Notes under the pieces: model-generated
What the model saw: the letters and a program-made list of their open reading frames with translations, nothing else
What the model was told of the DNA's origin: nothing
The model's database searches: none
Shown: piece by piece, positions 37,025-45,241 of the stretch
Position numbering within the stretch: position 1 is the first letter of the stretch
Layout: each line of letters opens with the position of its first letter
Made by a program: the position numbers and the translations under genes
Origin: an uncultured Lentisphaerales bacterium
Lineage (GTDB): Bacteria > Verrucomicrobiota > Lentisphaeria > JABSQK01 > UBA12247
Direction: 5' to 3'
Assembly (NCBI GenBank): GCA_943788985.1
Contig: CALSSJ010000031.1
Coordinates: forward strand, 5,411-69,410
DNA: 64,000 nt

Positions 37025-38340
37025 TCATAGAACCTTCACATAGAAGTCAACCGGCTGCCAGTGAGACTTCTCTTGCGCGGACGCAAGATACATTCCCTCT
37101 GAAGCAAACCAGTTGTTCGACCACGATAGAGCAGCCACGAAGCTGTGCGAAAGTGCCCACCAACCACGGCGGGCAGGATCATACACCGTTCGATAGGCCG
37201 TCGCCCGTTTCGCGCCACGGGCAACAAGCGTGCGCACTACGTGTCTCCGACGCTTCTGATTGCGAAGCTTTTGAATTCGAAAACGAACGCGAATTCGACT
37301 CTCCACCTGCCGCAACTGATTCGGAAGCTCCGTCATACCGTAGTACCCACTCCAACCCCGATACCAACGATTCACCCGGGCGAGTTGCTCCTCCATTGGA
37401 ATATGGCTACGACGCGGGATTAGCTCCCGCAGCGTGGAGCGAGCTCGCTTCATCGAAACCGCCGAAATCACAATCAGACCGCTGATGATGGTCATCCCCA
37501 AGAACTTCACTTTGCTGCTGTGCCGGGAGGCACTCTTCTCGCGGTTAACCGTCAACCCCAAACGCTTCTCAATGAAGCGCGCGACACTACGCAGCACACG
37601 CTCCGCAGACCGTTCACTGCGAACAAAGATGTTCGAGTCGTCGGCATAACGGCAAAACGTGAGGCCGCGAGATTCAAGCTCGCAATCAAGTTCATGCAGG
37701 ATGATGTTGCTCAACAACGGGCTCAGAGGACTACCCTGCGCAGAGCCTTCCGGTGTCGGGATAAACGTCCCTTCACTCAGACAGCCACTGCGCAGAGTCA
37801 GGCCGATCAAACGCAGAATACGCTTGTCCGGCACATGTTGCCCAACCAGATGAAGTGCGCGATCATGATTGATCGTGTCGAAAAAGGTTGCCAGATCGAG
37901 ATCGACAACCCACTCGCGTCCGGACGTTACCAAATCCTTGGCTTGCCGGACGGCATCTTGCGCACTGCGACCGGGCCGATACCCGAAGCTTGAGTCGCTA
38001 AAGAGCGGCTCGAACACCGGTTCCAGCGTGGCTTTCACCGATTGCTGGACGACGCGGTCACGTACGCAGGGAACACCCAAAATACGCTTCTTGTGGCTGC
38101 CGGGCTTGGCAATCTCCACCCGTTTCACAGGAGACGGGCGGTAGGTCCAAGCCAGAGTTCAGTCCGCAAGATTCGCAGGTTACCCTCAAGGTCTGCAGCA
38201 AAATCGTCGACGGTCACGCCGTCCACACCGGGGGCTCCGCGATTGCGCTTCACCGACACGAAGGCCGAGCGCAACTGCCAGAGGCTGCAAGCCTGATCAA
38301 AGGCATTTCCGTAGTCTATGTTAAGAGTCAGTTGTTCCAT
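37025..38340 (-). pseudogene. Group II intron reverse transcriptase/maturase, split by a 1-nt frameshift near 38145-38150
   Basis: ORF 38125..38340 gives RT domain 0 (...RNRGAPGVDGVTVDDFAADLEGNLRILRTELW...). ORF 37025..38128 continues in another frame (...YRPSPVKRVEIAKPG...RILGVPCVRDRVVQQS...FCRYADDSNIFV...RGWSGYY). No En/HNH domain is present. The stop abuts DV. Confidence 0.85.
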
Positions 38341-39162
38341 GTTGCTTTCTAATTTGGATCAGTGAAAATCGCTGGCCGGTCACCGATGGCATACGTTCCG
38401 ACGGTATTGACTGGTCACCCTGCGCTGACACTGATCGCTATTCTGGGCTGGCTCGTGGTTCCATGTTCCGCCCTTCGCCTCCATCCCGTTCCCCACGGGA
38501 CACTGGCGCTCTGTTTTATCCTCAGTCGGGTCACCCGCGACATCAACGGCAGAGCGTTTTACGACTACTATGGCTTCATCTGACTCCCGACTGCGCATAC
38601 GCCACCGTAACCGATGGCCTTAGCGAATAATGGCGAAGTTCCAACCTCCACACACAGCCGGGCCTCCTCGGGTAAGCACAACAAGCATTTCTCCACCCAC
38701 CCGTCTCCTCTACCTACAACCGTTACGAACAGAATACTGGGCTTTGGAATTCGAGGGTTCCTCGCCCCAGCCATAGGCCTACCAGAGATTCACACCGAGT
38801 TCGAGTGATGGATCCGTATACACCTTCCTTCAGATTCCTCATTGGCAACCGCAAACCGATAGTCCACGCGTTCGGGCAACTTGCAGTCGTTTCTTCGGAC
38901 ACCCTTGGCTTCTACTTTACATTCCCTCCTGTCAGGGGTTGTAGCTGGAATTACACCAGCTGTTTTGTTGTGCATGCCGAGCACACCTCACCTCCCCCCT
39001 CTCCCCGTACAGAATTCCCGACCTAGCCTTGCGTTGCCCCGGTACCGGGGTAAGGTCCTTCACTGTCGCCGAAAGGAATTTCCTATCAGTCAGTAGAACA
39101 CAGTATGGATGGCTGCTTTAGGAAGCGCCATGAGGATGAAACACAAGATAGGAGAACGCATC

Positions 39163-40336
39163 ATGAAAATCAAAACCCTCATCCTCGCAGGAATACTCGG
39201 AACCGCTATGGCTGCTCAGGGAGCAGCGGTCACCCTTTCGGGATTGTCACAATCCGGCGGAGAATTTCAGTGGCCTTCAGCGACGCTGCTTGGTGGCCAT
39301 GAGAATGTCTCGCTAGCAACACAGGTAGGCCTCCAAACTGGTCGTAGTTATGGCCAAACTTTTACGATTGTGGAGAATGACACGATTGACCTGATTACTT
39401 TCAGTTTTATGGATTTCAGCACTGCAGGGGGGGACTTTACCGTTGAGTTCTACAAAGTGGCTTCTGTCAGCACCGGTGATACATCGACCGGACCAGTCGA
39501 TTCGGGGACCTTCAGTGCGGCGGATATCTCTGCTCTCGGCTTCAGTACTGGCGATCATGGCACACTCGTCTTGGATGTGACCGACACCGCTGTGACCGCG
39601 GGTGAGGTCTATGCGTGGAAAGTTACTGGACTCGGCAATAGAGTTTTTAATACGCAGAACAGTGCCAGCGTATATGCGGGTGGCCAGAGCTTCGGCACTC
39701 AAACTGGTACTCGCGACTATTTCGTGGCGGCCTACAGCTTTCCCACAGACTTGCAGGTCCAGATTACGACCGACGTAGCTGGCACTCTGCTGCAAGCAGG
39801 TTGGGACCTCGTCGATGGAGACAGAGCTCTCGTCTTCGATCTCCGGAGTGGTGGACGGCGTCACCATCACCGTCGACTGGTCGTACGGTCGGGCCGCACG
39901 GACGGCGACGGTGGGAATTATTCAGTAGTTAACCATACCGACGGAGATCTCGATAACCTGCTGTCGGGTGGGCGCGGTCAATAATGCAGCTATATATCGA
40001 TCTGACCCTCGCAGGGCCTGGCTGACGGGACTACTCGATCACCACCTATCATCACGCGTGCTTTGACATCCGAATGTCCAACCGTTTGATTTTGAGTCAC
40101 CTGACTCGATGCCAACGGAACTGTCTTGGTGCACAATGATCTTGCACGCAGTCTTGGCGCGAGTGTGACCACTGCCGATTTCGGACGGCGGTAACCACGT
40201 TCACCGTCAGCGGTGGTAACGACGTCATTCTCACCTTTGATCCCGAAGCGGCGGAATTCGGCCCAAGTGACCAGCTGTTCCTCAATGGCTTTGAACTTTC
40301 AAGGCGGCCCTCCGGCACGGTGATCATCATTCGGTA
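39163..40336 (+). pseudogene. Secreted hypothetical protein gene broken into several frames
   Basis: AGGAGA plus ATG 39163 gives the signal peptide MKIKTLILAGILGTAMAAQGAA. The frame is good to about 39830. After that, natural-looking pieces appear in other frames (...ISGVVDGVTITVDWSYG..., ...TTFTVSGGNDVILTFDPEAAEFGPSDQLFLNGFEL...), separated by stops. Confidence 0.45.
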
Positions 40337-40372
40337 GGTTTTGGCGTGGTTCGGGGCTGGCCCGCGAGAGGG

Positions 40373-40412
40373 GATGACTGGGTGACTGGGTGACTGGGTG
40401 ACTGGGTGACTT
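40373..40412. repeat. 8-nt microsatellite (GGGTGACT/GACTGGGT), about 5 units
   Basis: Reads gatgactg ggtgactg ggtgactg ggtgactg ggtgactt. Three units are perfect and the two edge units each have one change. Confidence 0.9.
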
Positions 40413-40487
40413 GTTGACGCCGGATGGAAGCCTGGGCTTACGCCCAGCAGGCGCTAGCCTGCAAAGCCCCGGCGTCATCAGGTCACC
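40405..40487. other. Long imperfect hairpin overlapping the last microsatellite unit
   Basis: GGTGAC-TTGT-TGACGCCGG (40405-40423) pairs with CCGGCGTCA-TCAG-GTCACC (40469-40487), giving 9 + 6 bp. The 45-nt loop itself contains CTGGGC-TTAC-GCCCAG and AGGC-GCTA-GCCT mini-hairpins. Confidence 0.6.
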
Positions 40488-40630
40488 AAGTCATCGCGTC
40501 AAAACCACCGTGTCAGACCGGCCGTGGGCCCTTGCATGCGGGGTAGCCGCTGCAGCCCCAGAATTCGCCCTTGGCGGGGCGTCGTTTGCGCATGGGTTGG
40601 TCGCATTGCGGGCAGGTGGGGGCGTCTGGC

Positions 40631-40893
40631 TCATCGCGGGGAACAGGCTAGGGGGGTGGCGGGAATACTCGCCACCATGTACAGCGGGAGCGACATGAGG
40701 TGGTACTTGACGGGCTGGGGAGGTCGTGGTTTTGACATCGAGATCCTGAGCCGAGGGCGGATTGGTATCCAGACGCAGTGCCCGGGGCAGCTTTTTCTGA
40801 TGCATGAAGGCATGTAGCGACTTCATCGCACCAGCGCTGCCCGCCTTCACTTCAACCGGGACGATCTGGCTTCCTCGCTGAATGATGTAGTTC
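40631..40893 (-). pseudogene. C-terminal fragment of a COG1373/DUF4143-type ATPase, frameshifted and 5'-truncated
   Basis: Minus sense reads ...NYIIQRGSQIVPVEVKAGSAGAMKSLHAFMHQKKLPRALRLDTNPPSAQDLDVKTTT... It then shifts frame to ...VKYHLMSLPLYMV... There is no ATPase N-terminal domain upstream. Confidence 0.45.
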
Positions 40894-40967
40894 CTATCTT
40901 GTAAAGCTGGCTGGGGCCTTGCTAATCCGTGTGTCCCTTCACATCTGCTACTTTCGGTTTCTCTAAC

Positions 40968-41120
40968 ATGGCCGCCCGTCAGTCACTCGAGGACAAAGTC
41001 GCCGAACTCAAAGCGATTGCCACACAGCCTCCCACCCCGAGACCACCCAGCTGATTCGCCGCCACCTGGTCGGCAAGACCAGCTACCTCGTTGCAGAAGC
41101 TGCAAAAGAGACCGGTCCCC
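40968..41120 (+). pseudogene. N-terminal fragment of a helical-repeat (HEAT-like) protein gene, frameshifted and truncated
   Basis: The ATG at 40968 gives MAARQSLEDKVAELKAIATQPPTP. A frame change follows to ...ETTQLIRRHLVGKTSYLVAEAAKETG..., after which coherent coding is lost. The family assignment is weak. Confidence 0.25.
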
Positions 41121-41300
41121 GTGCCGGGCGGGGTCAGGGCTTGATTATACAGTTTGAATCTGCGGTGTGGTCGGGTATTGACAGACAGGCCCTCCGGGCG
41201 GGGTCCTGACATTGGTGCATGCTGAAAGGTTGGCGCGACTTGGCACTCGGGCTATTGTTGGTGTGTGGCCATTGGCGAACACCAGTATAGGAGGAGTAAC

Positions 41301-41525
41301 GTGGATGCGGTGATCATTGAGAAAGAAGCACTGAAGCTCTGTGAAGCCGATCGCGCTCTGCTTGCGGATCGTCTTCTTCTGAGCATCTCGCCTGAGTCAG
41401 TCAAGATCAGGGAAGCGTGGACTGCCGAGTCTGAAGATAGGGTGCGGGCATATCGAGTAGGTGAACTTCAGGCGATAGACGGCCCGGAGGCATTGGCTAC
41501 ACTGAGAGCACGGTTCTCAGTGTGA
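41301..41525 (+). CDS. Putative addiction-module antitoxin (Unstab_antitox / TIGR02574-like)
   Basis: AGGAGG plus 6 nt plus GTG 41301. Reads ...IIEKEALKLCEADRALLADRLLLSISPESVKIREAWTAESEDRVRAYRVGELQAIDGPEALATLRARF... This matches the L-s-eeRa-La-Ll-S...W-E-RR... pattern of that family. Confidence 0.7.
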   Translation: MDAVIIEKEALKLCEADRALLADRLLLSISPESVKIREAWTAESEDRVRAYRVGELQAIDGPEALATLRARFSV

Positions 41526-41563
41526 CGTATCGCTTCCTCTCGCCAGCGTACCAGGAGTTTTGA
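41522..41563 (+). pseudogene. 13-codon stub of a RelE/ParE-type toxin gene
   Basis: The GTG at 41522 overlaps the antitoxin TGA (a GTGA junction). It reads VTYRFLSPAYQEF* and resembles ParE/RelE N-termini (x-Y-R-F/V...A-E/Q-E-F). The stop codon is the first 3 nt of the repeat array. Confidence 0.5.
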
Positions 41564-41795
41564 CGTATGGCCTTCGGCCTAGGGACAAGGGATTTGCATC
41601 ACATTGTATGGCCTTCGGCCTAGGGACAAGGGATTTGCATCACATTGTGCTTGACCGGATGACGTATGGCCTTCGGCCTAGGGACAATGACGTATGGCCT
41701 TCGGCCTAGGGACAAGGGATTTGCATCACATTGTGCTTGACCGGAGGCCTTCGGCCTAGGGACAAGGGATTTGCATCACATTGTGCTTGACCGGA
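41561..41795. repeat. Mosaic tandem array of hairpin-containing modules (5 cores)
   Basis: The modules are A=TGACGTAT, B=GGCCTTCGGCCTAGGGACAA, C=GGGATTTGCATCACATTGT and D=GCTTGACCGGA. Their order is ABC/(AT)BCD/AB/ABCD/BCD. B cores start at 41569, 41610, 41668, 41696 and 41746. There is no unique spacer between units. Confidence 0.92.
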
Positions 41796-41847
41796 TGGCG
41801 CTACAGGGGTAGCTTGCATCAAATAGTGTTTCATTGAGAGGTTCCCT

Positions 41848-42822
41848 ATGCGAACAGCGAGGCTTCGGCCAAACCGGAAGGAAGGCAGCTACCTTCATCT
41901 CTATCAACGAGCCTGTGGATTTCGCTCGGATCGAATTTTCGGAGATGTCGAGCGCCAGTTCATGCTCAATCTCATTGGCAAGGTTTCGGCGTTGTACACG
42001 CTCGAAATCATTGCAGTGACGGCAATGTCCAACCATGTGCATATTGTTGCCTTCGTGCCAGGGGAGCCGCCGACACCGGAAGAAACTTGCCGACGTTATA
42101 ACGCATTCTATGCTGGCATGAAGCCGGAATTGACTGTCCACTCGCCTGACTTGGCGCGCATTCAGGAGCGCCTGGGGGACTTCAGCGTATTCATGGGGCA
42201 TTGGCAACAGAGCTTCACCTGCTGGTTTAATCGCACGCGCAAGGAACAGCGCAGGGGGCGCCTGTGGGGGGACCGATTCAAGCACACAATTCTGGAGGGT
42301 CGTGAGGCGCTTTGGACTTGCGTGCAGTATGTGGAGATGAATCCTGTCCGTGCTGGGATCTGCGAGCAGCCGGACGACTACCGGTTCTGCAGTTGGGGGA
42401 TTCGCTGCGGGAGCGGCAAGCATCCCTATGCCACGAACTTCCTCCACCACTTACGCCGGTCGCTGGGAGATCGGGCAGACGATTGGTCCATGCCAGATCT
42501 CGAGGCAGAATTTCGTTCGGATTTAGCTAGGAAGTTGACTGCAGAGCTTGGAGCAAGCGGCGAGGAGATTGCAGCTGCCAGTGACCTAGCACGCGCGAAG
42601 GTTCCTGTGACGCTGCAGCTTACCCGTCGGGCCCGCTATTGGACCGATGGGGCCGTGATCGGCTCAAGGCAATTTGTGATGGAAATCACAGCTGAGGCAC
42701 TTGGCGCCGAGCGGGCGAAGAAGCGACGATACGGGCGCGGCTTGATTGCCGACGGCACTGCCCTCTTCAGTATGCGCCAACTTCGAACGGTGGCTCCCGG
42801 CTCTGATCAAGATCTCGGCTGA
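41848..42822 (+). CDS. Y1/HUH transposase, IS200-like / REP-associated tyrosine transposase (RayT)-like
   Basis: The HUH motif is in ...VTAMSNHVHIVAFVP... Then ...RLWGDRFKHTIL... and the Tyr region ...CVQYVEMNPVRAGICEQPDDYRFCSWG... Length 324 aa, with an intact frame. Confidence 0.8.
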   Translation: MRTARLRPNRKEGSYLHLYQRACGFRSDRIFGDVERQFMLNLIGKVSALYTLEIIAVTAMSNHVHIVAFVPGEPPTPEETCRRYNAFYAGMKPELTVHSPDLARIQERLGDFSVFMGHWQQSFTCWFNRTRKEQRRGRLWGDRFKHTILEGREALWTCVQYVEMNPVRAGICEQPDDYRFCSWGIRCGSGKHPYATNFLHHLRRSLGDRADDWSMPDLEAEFRSDLARKLTAELGASGEEIAAASDLARAKVPVTLQLTRRARYWTDGAVIGSRQFVMEITAEALGAERAKKRRYGRGLIADGTALFSMRQLRTVAPGSDQDLG

Positions 42823-43017
42823 ACATCGCTCTATTCAAGGCTGCCATGCTTGGGCGCAAAGCCGCTACCTGCAGATCACATTGTCTCGAGCGAAAAGCCT
42901 TCGGGGGAAGCCCCGCTGCTTGCCCAGAGCCCTCTCATCGAAGCACAATCTGATCCAAGCTACGCCTGAACCGCGGTCAAGTGCAGTCTAGCTAATATGT
43001 GTTGGAATCGCTGCCCG

Positions 43018-44327
43018 TCACCGATCCTCGGTCAGTGACTCGCATTGCTCAAGCGAAGCTGGTTTTCGCGCATTCGGCCAGATCAACAGGCCTTCGTAGG
43101 CCTTGCCCGGATTACTTGATTCACCGCACTGGGCCTTGGTAACCATCAATTCCCAATAAGCAGATCCTTGTCTTGCGTTGGCGCTGCTAATCCTCTGTCC
43201 CCAATCTGTATTCCCCTTGGGCAGCACGGGCCAAAGCCCGAAACCGGACCTGCCAATGAGGCACCGTTTGAGCCAAGTAGGGATTCACGATCGCCAGCGC
43301 CCGCTCCGCATGCCCCTGCGCCACAGCCAGCCAAGCGGCCTGGTAGTCATACTGCAGCTTCTCGGCAAACGCCTCACGATCGATGGTTGCGAACTCCGCA
43401 ATCGCCTGCGCGCTACGCTTCTGTAGTGCCAGATAGTAACACCAGGCGAGTCTTGTTTCAGGCGTGGGATTCTTGTAGCACCTGAAGGTTTAGAAACTCT
43501 CGATAATGCCAGGTCAATTTGTCATCTGGCGGCTTGTCGTCCCACAGACTATCCTGCGGTACACCCAAAGTATCGTATGCCACATGCTGATGACGCCGGA
43601 CCTGGTACAGCTCACTCTCAAGCGTAGGCCCGACATCCAAGCCGCGTTCTCCCAAAAAGGCACGTGCTCCGCGCTCATCTCGATGAAACAGCGCATACTT
43701 GCCCACAACTGGATCACTCTGGAGGCCGCTTTCGAGCCTGCCCGCGACCACTTCGTACAGGTCCCGGTCCCTCAAGCGCGGACCCAGTAGTCCCAGATCC
43801 AGCTGTTGGACATTCGCATTAGCCAGAAACTCCTGGATTTGAGCAGTCGCCCCACGCTTGGTCAGCCAGGGCCAATACTCCGAGAATTGAGCGTCTTCCC
43901 CAGAGACCTTACAGGTGGGCACACTGAGACTGCCCACCACCTCCGTCCCCCGCGACAGATGCAGCGGTGGCTGATAGAACGTCCCCCTCCTCGGGGAAGT
44001 AGAACGCGGTCGTGAACGTTCTCGTGCTTCTCGCCGCGATCCGTTGATTCGCCGCACTGCGATAGTCAAACAGTGGGATAGATCCGTCTGGGTGCCGCAC
44101 CAAGAGCGTGAGGCGCGGCAGCACTGTAGGTTAGTGGCAGTGATCGTTGCCGTGCACGGCATGCCACTCACATACTCGCCATTCCCAACCTGCATATCCT
44201 GTTGCCTCACACTCCAATCCAGAAAGAACTCAGGCCGCCGTTTCCAACTGCGTCGCGGCCAGCAGCTGATCACTCGCGACCAACGCTCCCGTGTTGCTGC
44301 GGAGGATGAGAGCTTCTCCCCTGACAT
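43018..44327 (-). pseudogene. Decayed gene(s): helical-repeat/TPR-like protein split over all three minus frames
   Basis: Natural-looking pieces appear in succession. They are ...YWPWLTKRGATAQIQEFLANANVQQLDLG...LTWHYREFLNLQVLQESHA* (frame 1), ...AWCYYLALQKRSAQAIAEFATIDREAFAEKLQYDYQAAWLAVAQGHAERALAIVNPYL... (frame 2) and ...SAYWELMVTKAQCGESSNPGKAYEGLLIWPNARKP... (frame 3). Confidence 0.4.
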
Positions 44328-44506
44328 CGCGGCTGGGCGGTGCCGCCGTGAACGGCAGATCGACCAGCGCCAGCATCAGCAGCACCTCGTTTGCCGACCG
44401 CCGCGCGGCCAGCGCGTAGGGTGTCAGCATGGTGCCCTCTACGACATCCAGCCAGAACCGAGAAGGCGCAATATCCACGCGAGTCCCTGGCATTCTCTGG
44501 TAGTAA

Positions 44507-44993
44507 TTATACCCCGCATACTTCGCGGCACGGGCCGGCCGCCAGGCGCACGGTTCGACGCGCTCTTGCTTCCCATTCATCCAGCTCTGAATCGGTGAAT
44601 CTAAAGGGGGCAGGCGTCTGAGCAGTGGGGGCGGCAACAGCAGCTGGACGATGGACAATTCGGACACTGACATAAGCATCGGCGACTAGCTTGGCAACCT
44701 TAAGCTCCTCCGCGATCAGCTCCTCGACTTGGCTGGTTGTGCGGCCGGCCACACGTATTCGAGGAAGCCCAGCGCATGACCAGATTCCCCGTCTTTGAGC
44801 GCACCCAGTAGTCATCGTCGAAACTCGAATCTTCTGAAACTGCGACCGCTAGGCAGCCCCCCGGGCGTATTACTTCGTCCATATCAAGCATCCAATCCGC
44901 CCCAGGCCACAGACACAACTTTGACTCGAAACTGCGGGCATCGGTGATCAGTAGAGTTTTCCCGATGGTCCGGGTGCCACAAGGCCGCGTCAC
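44507..44993 (-). pseudogene. Polysaccharide export (Wza/Poly_export-like) N-terminal fragment, frameshifted
   Basis: ORF 44700..44993 has ...VIRPGGCLAVAVSEDSSFDDDYWVRSKTGNLV... ORF 44507..44815, in another frame, continues ...LPRIRVAGRTTSQVEELIAEELKVAKLVADAYVSVRIV... Together these give the Poly_export pattern pGD-l-i-v...V-dG-i-lP-iG-v-vaG-T...V-V. Confidence 0.45.
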
Positions 44994-45241
44994 GGATTGG
45001 CCGGTGGGCCATTCAGTGCAGGCCGTGGTTGGGATTGTGGCTTTGGCATTTCAATTCACTTTCGGCCCTTCGCTGACGGAGCCCTATGATCGGCCGATTG
45101 CCGACGATTACAAGCATCGCTACGGGCAACATTGGACTTCATGAGACCACACTGCCCATTGGTCACAGTCGGTCTGGTATCCGAATCGCATGCGGCTCAT
45201 TGTAGGTATCGGTGGCCCCCATCCCTTCGGCGTAGTATCCA

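Larger units (their letters stand above)
36954..38986 (-). mobile_element. Bacterial group II intron (about 2.0 kb) with a frameshifted intron-encoded RT/maturase
   Basis: Domain V (GAGCCGTATAGGGACCCCTACGTACGGTTC, minus sense), a domain VI hairpin with a bulged A 7 nt from the ...CTCGAT 3' end, and an RT/maturase ORF in the domain IV position. The 5' GTGTG is at 38986, with an alternative GTGTG at 38795. A candidate EBS1 CTTACC (38671-38676) could pair with the flanking GGTGAG. Confidence 0.8.
41561..42985 (+). mobile_element. Putative IS200/IS605- or REPtron-like unit: amplified left-end modules + Y1 transposase + inverted right-end motifs
   Basis: On the right flank, AAGCACAATCTGAT (42941-42954) is the inverse of ATCACATTGTGCTT with 1 mismatch. 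CCGCGGTCAAGTGCA (42971-42985) is the inverse of TGTGCTTGACCGG (10/12). There is also a direct ATCACATTGT (42875-42884) and a hairpin CGGGG-GAAG-CCCCG (42902-42915). Boundaries are approximate. Confidence 0.5.

Noticed and set aside
36700-37485. 261-aa plus ORF. Similar antisense ORFs lie at 35302-35961 (minus, 219 aa) and 41776-42450 (minus, 224 aa).
   Set aside because: They overlap the intron RT, the GT2/SHD1 genes and the Y1 transposase respectively, on the opposite strand. Their composition is Ser/Arg/Pro-rich and no motifs were found.
37025-38340. Reverse transcriptase as a retron, DGR or defence-associated RT
   Set aside because: The ORF has the group II maturase X-domain signature (RGWSGYY). 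It is followed immediately by a canonical domain V/VI and preceded by about 650 nt of structured 5' intron sequence starting with GTGTG. No msr/msd-like or TR/VR repeats were seen.
41561-41795. Possible CRISPR array (regularly recurring about 20-50 nt units)
   Set aside because: The units abut each other with no unique spacers, the periods are irregular (41, 58, 28, 50 nt), no cas genes are present, and the units are shared with the transposase flanks. It was called as a tandem or mosaic repeat instead.
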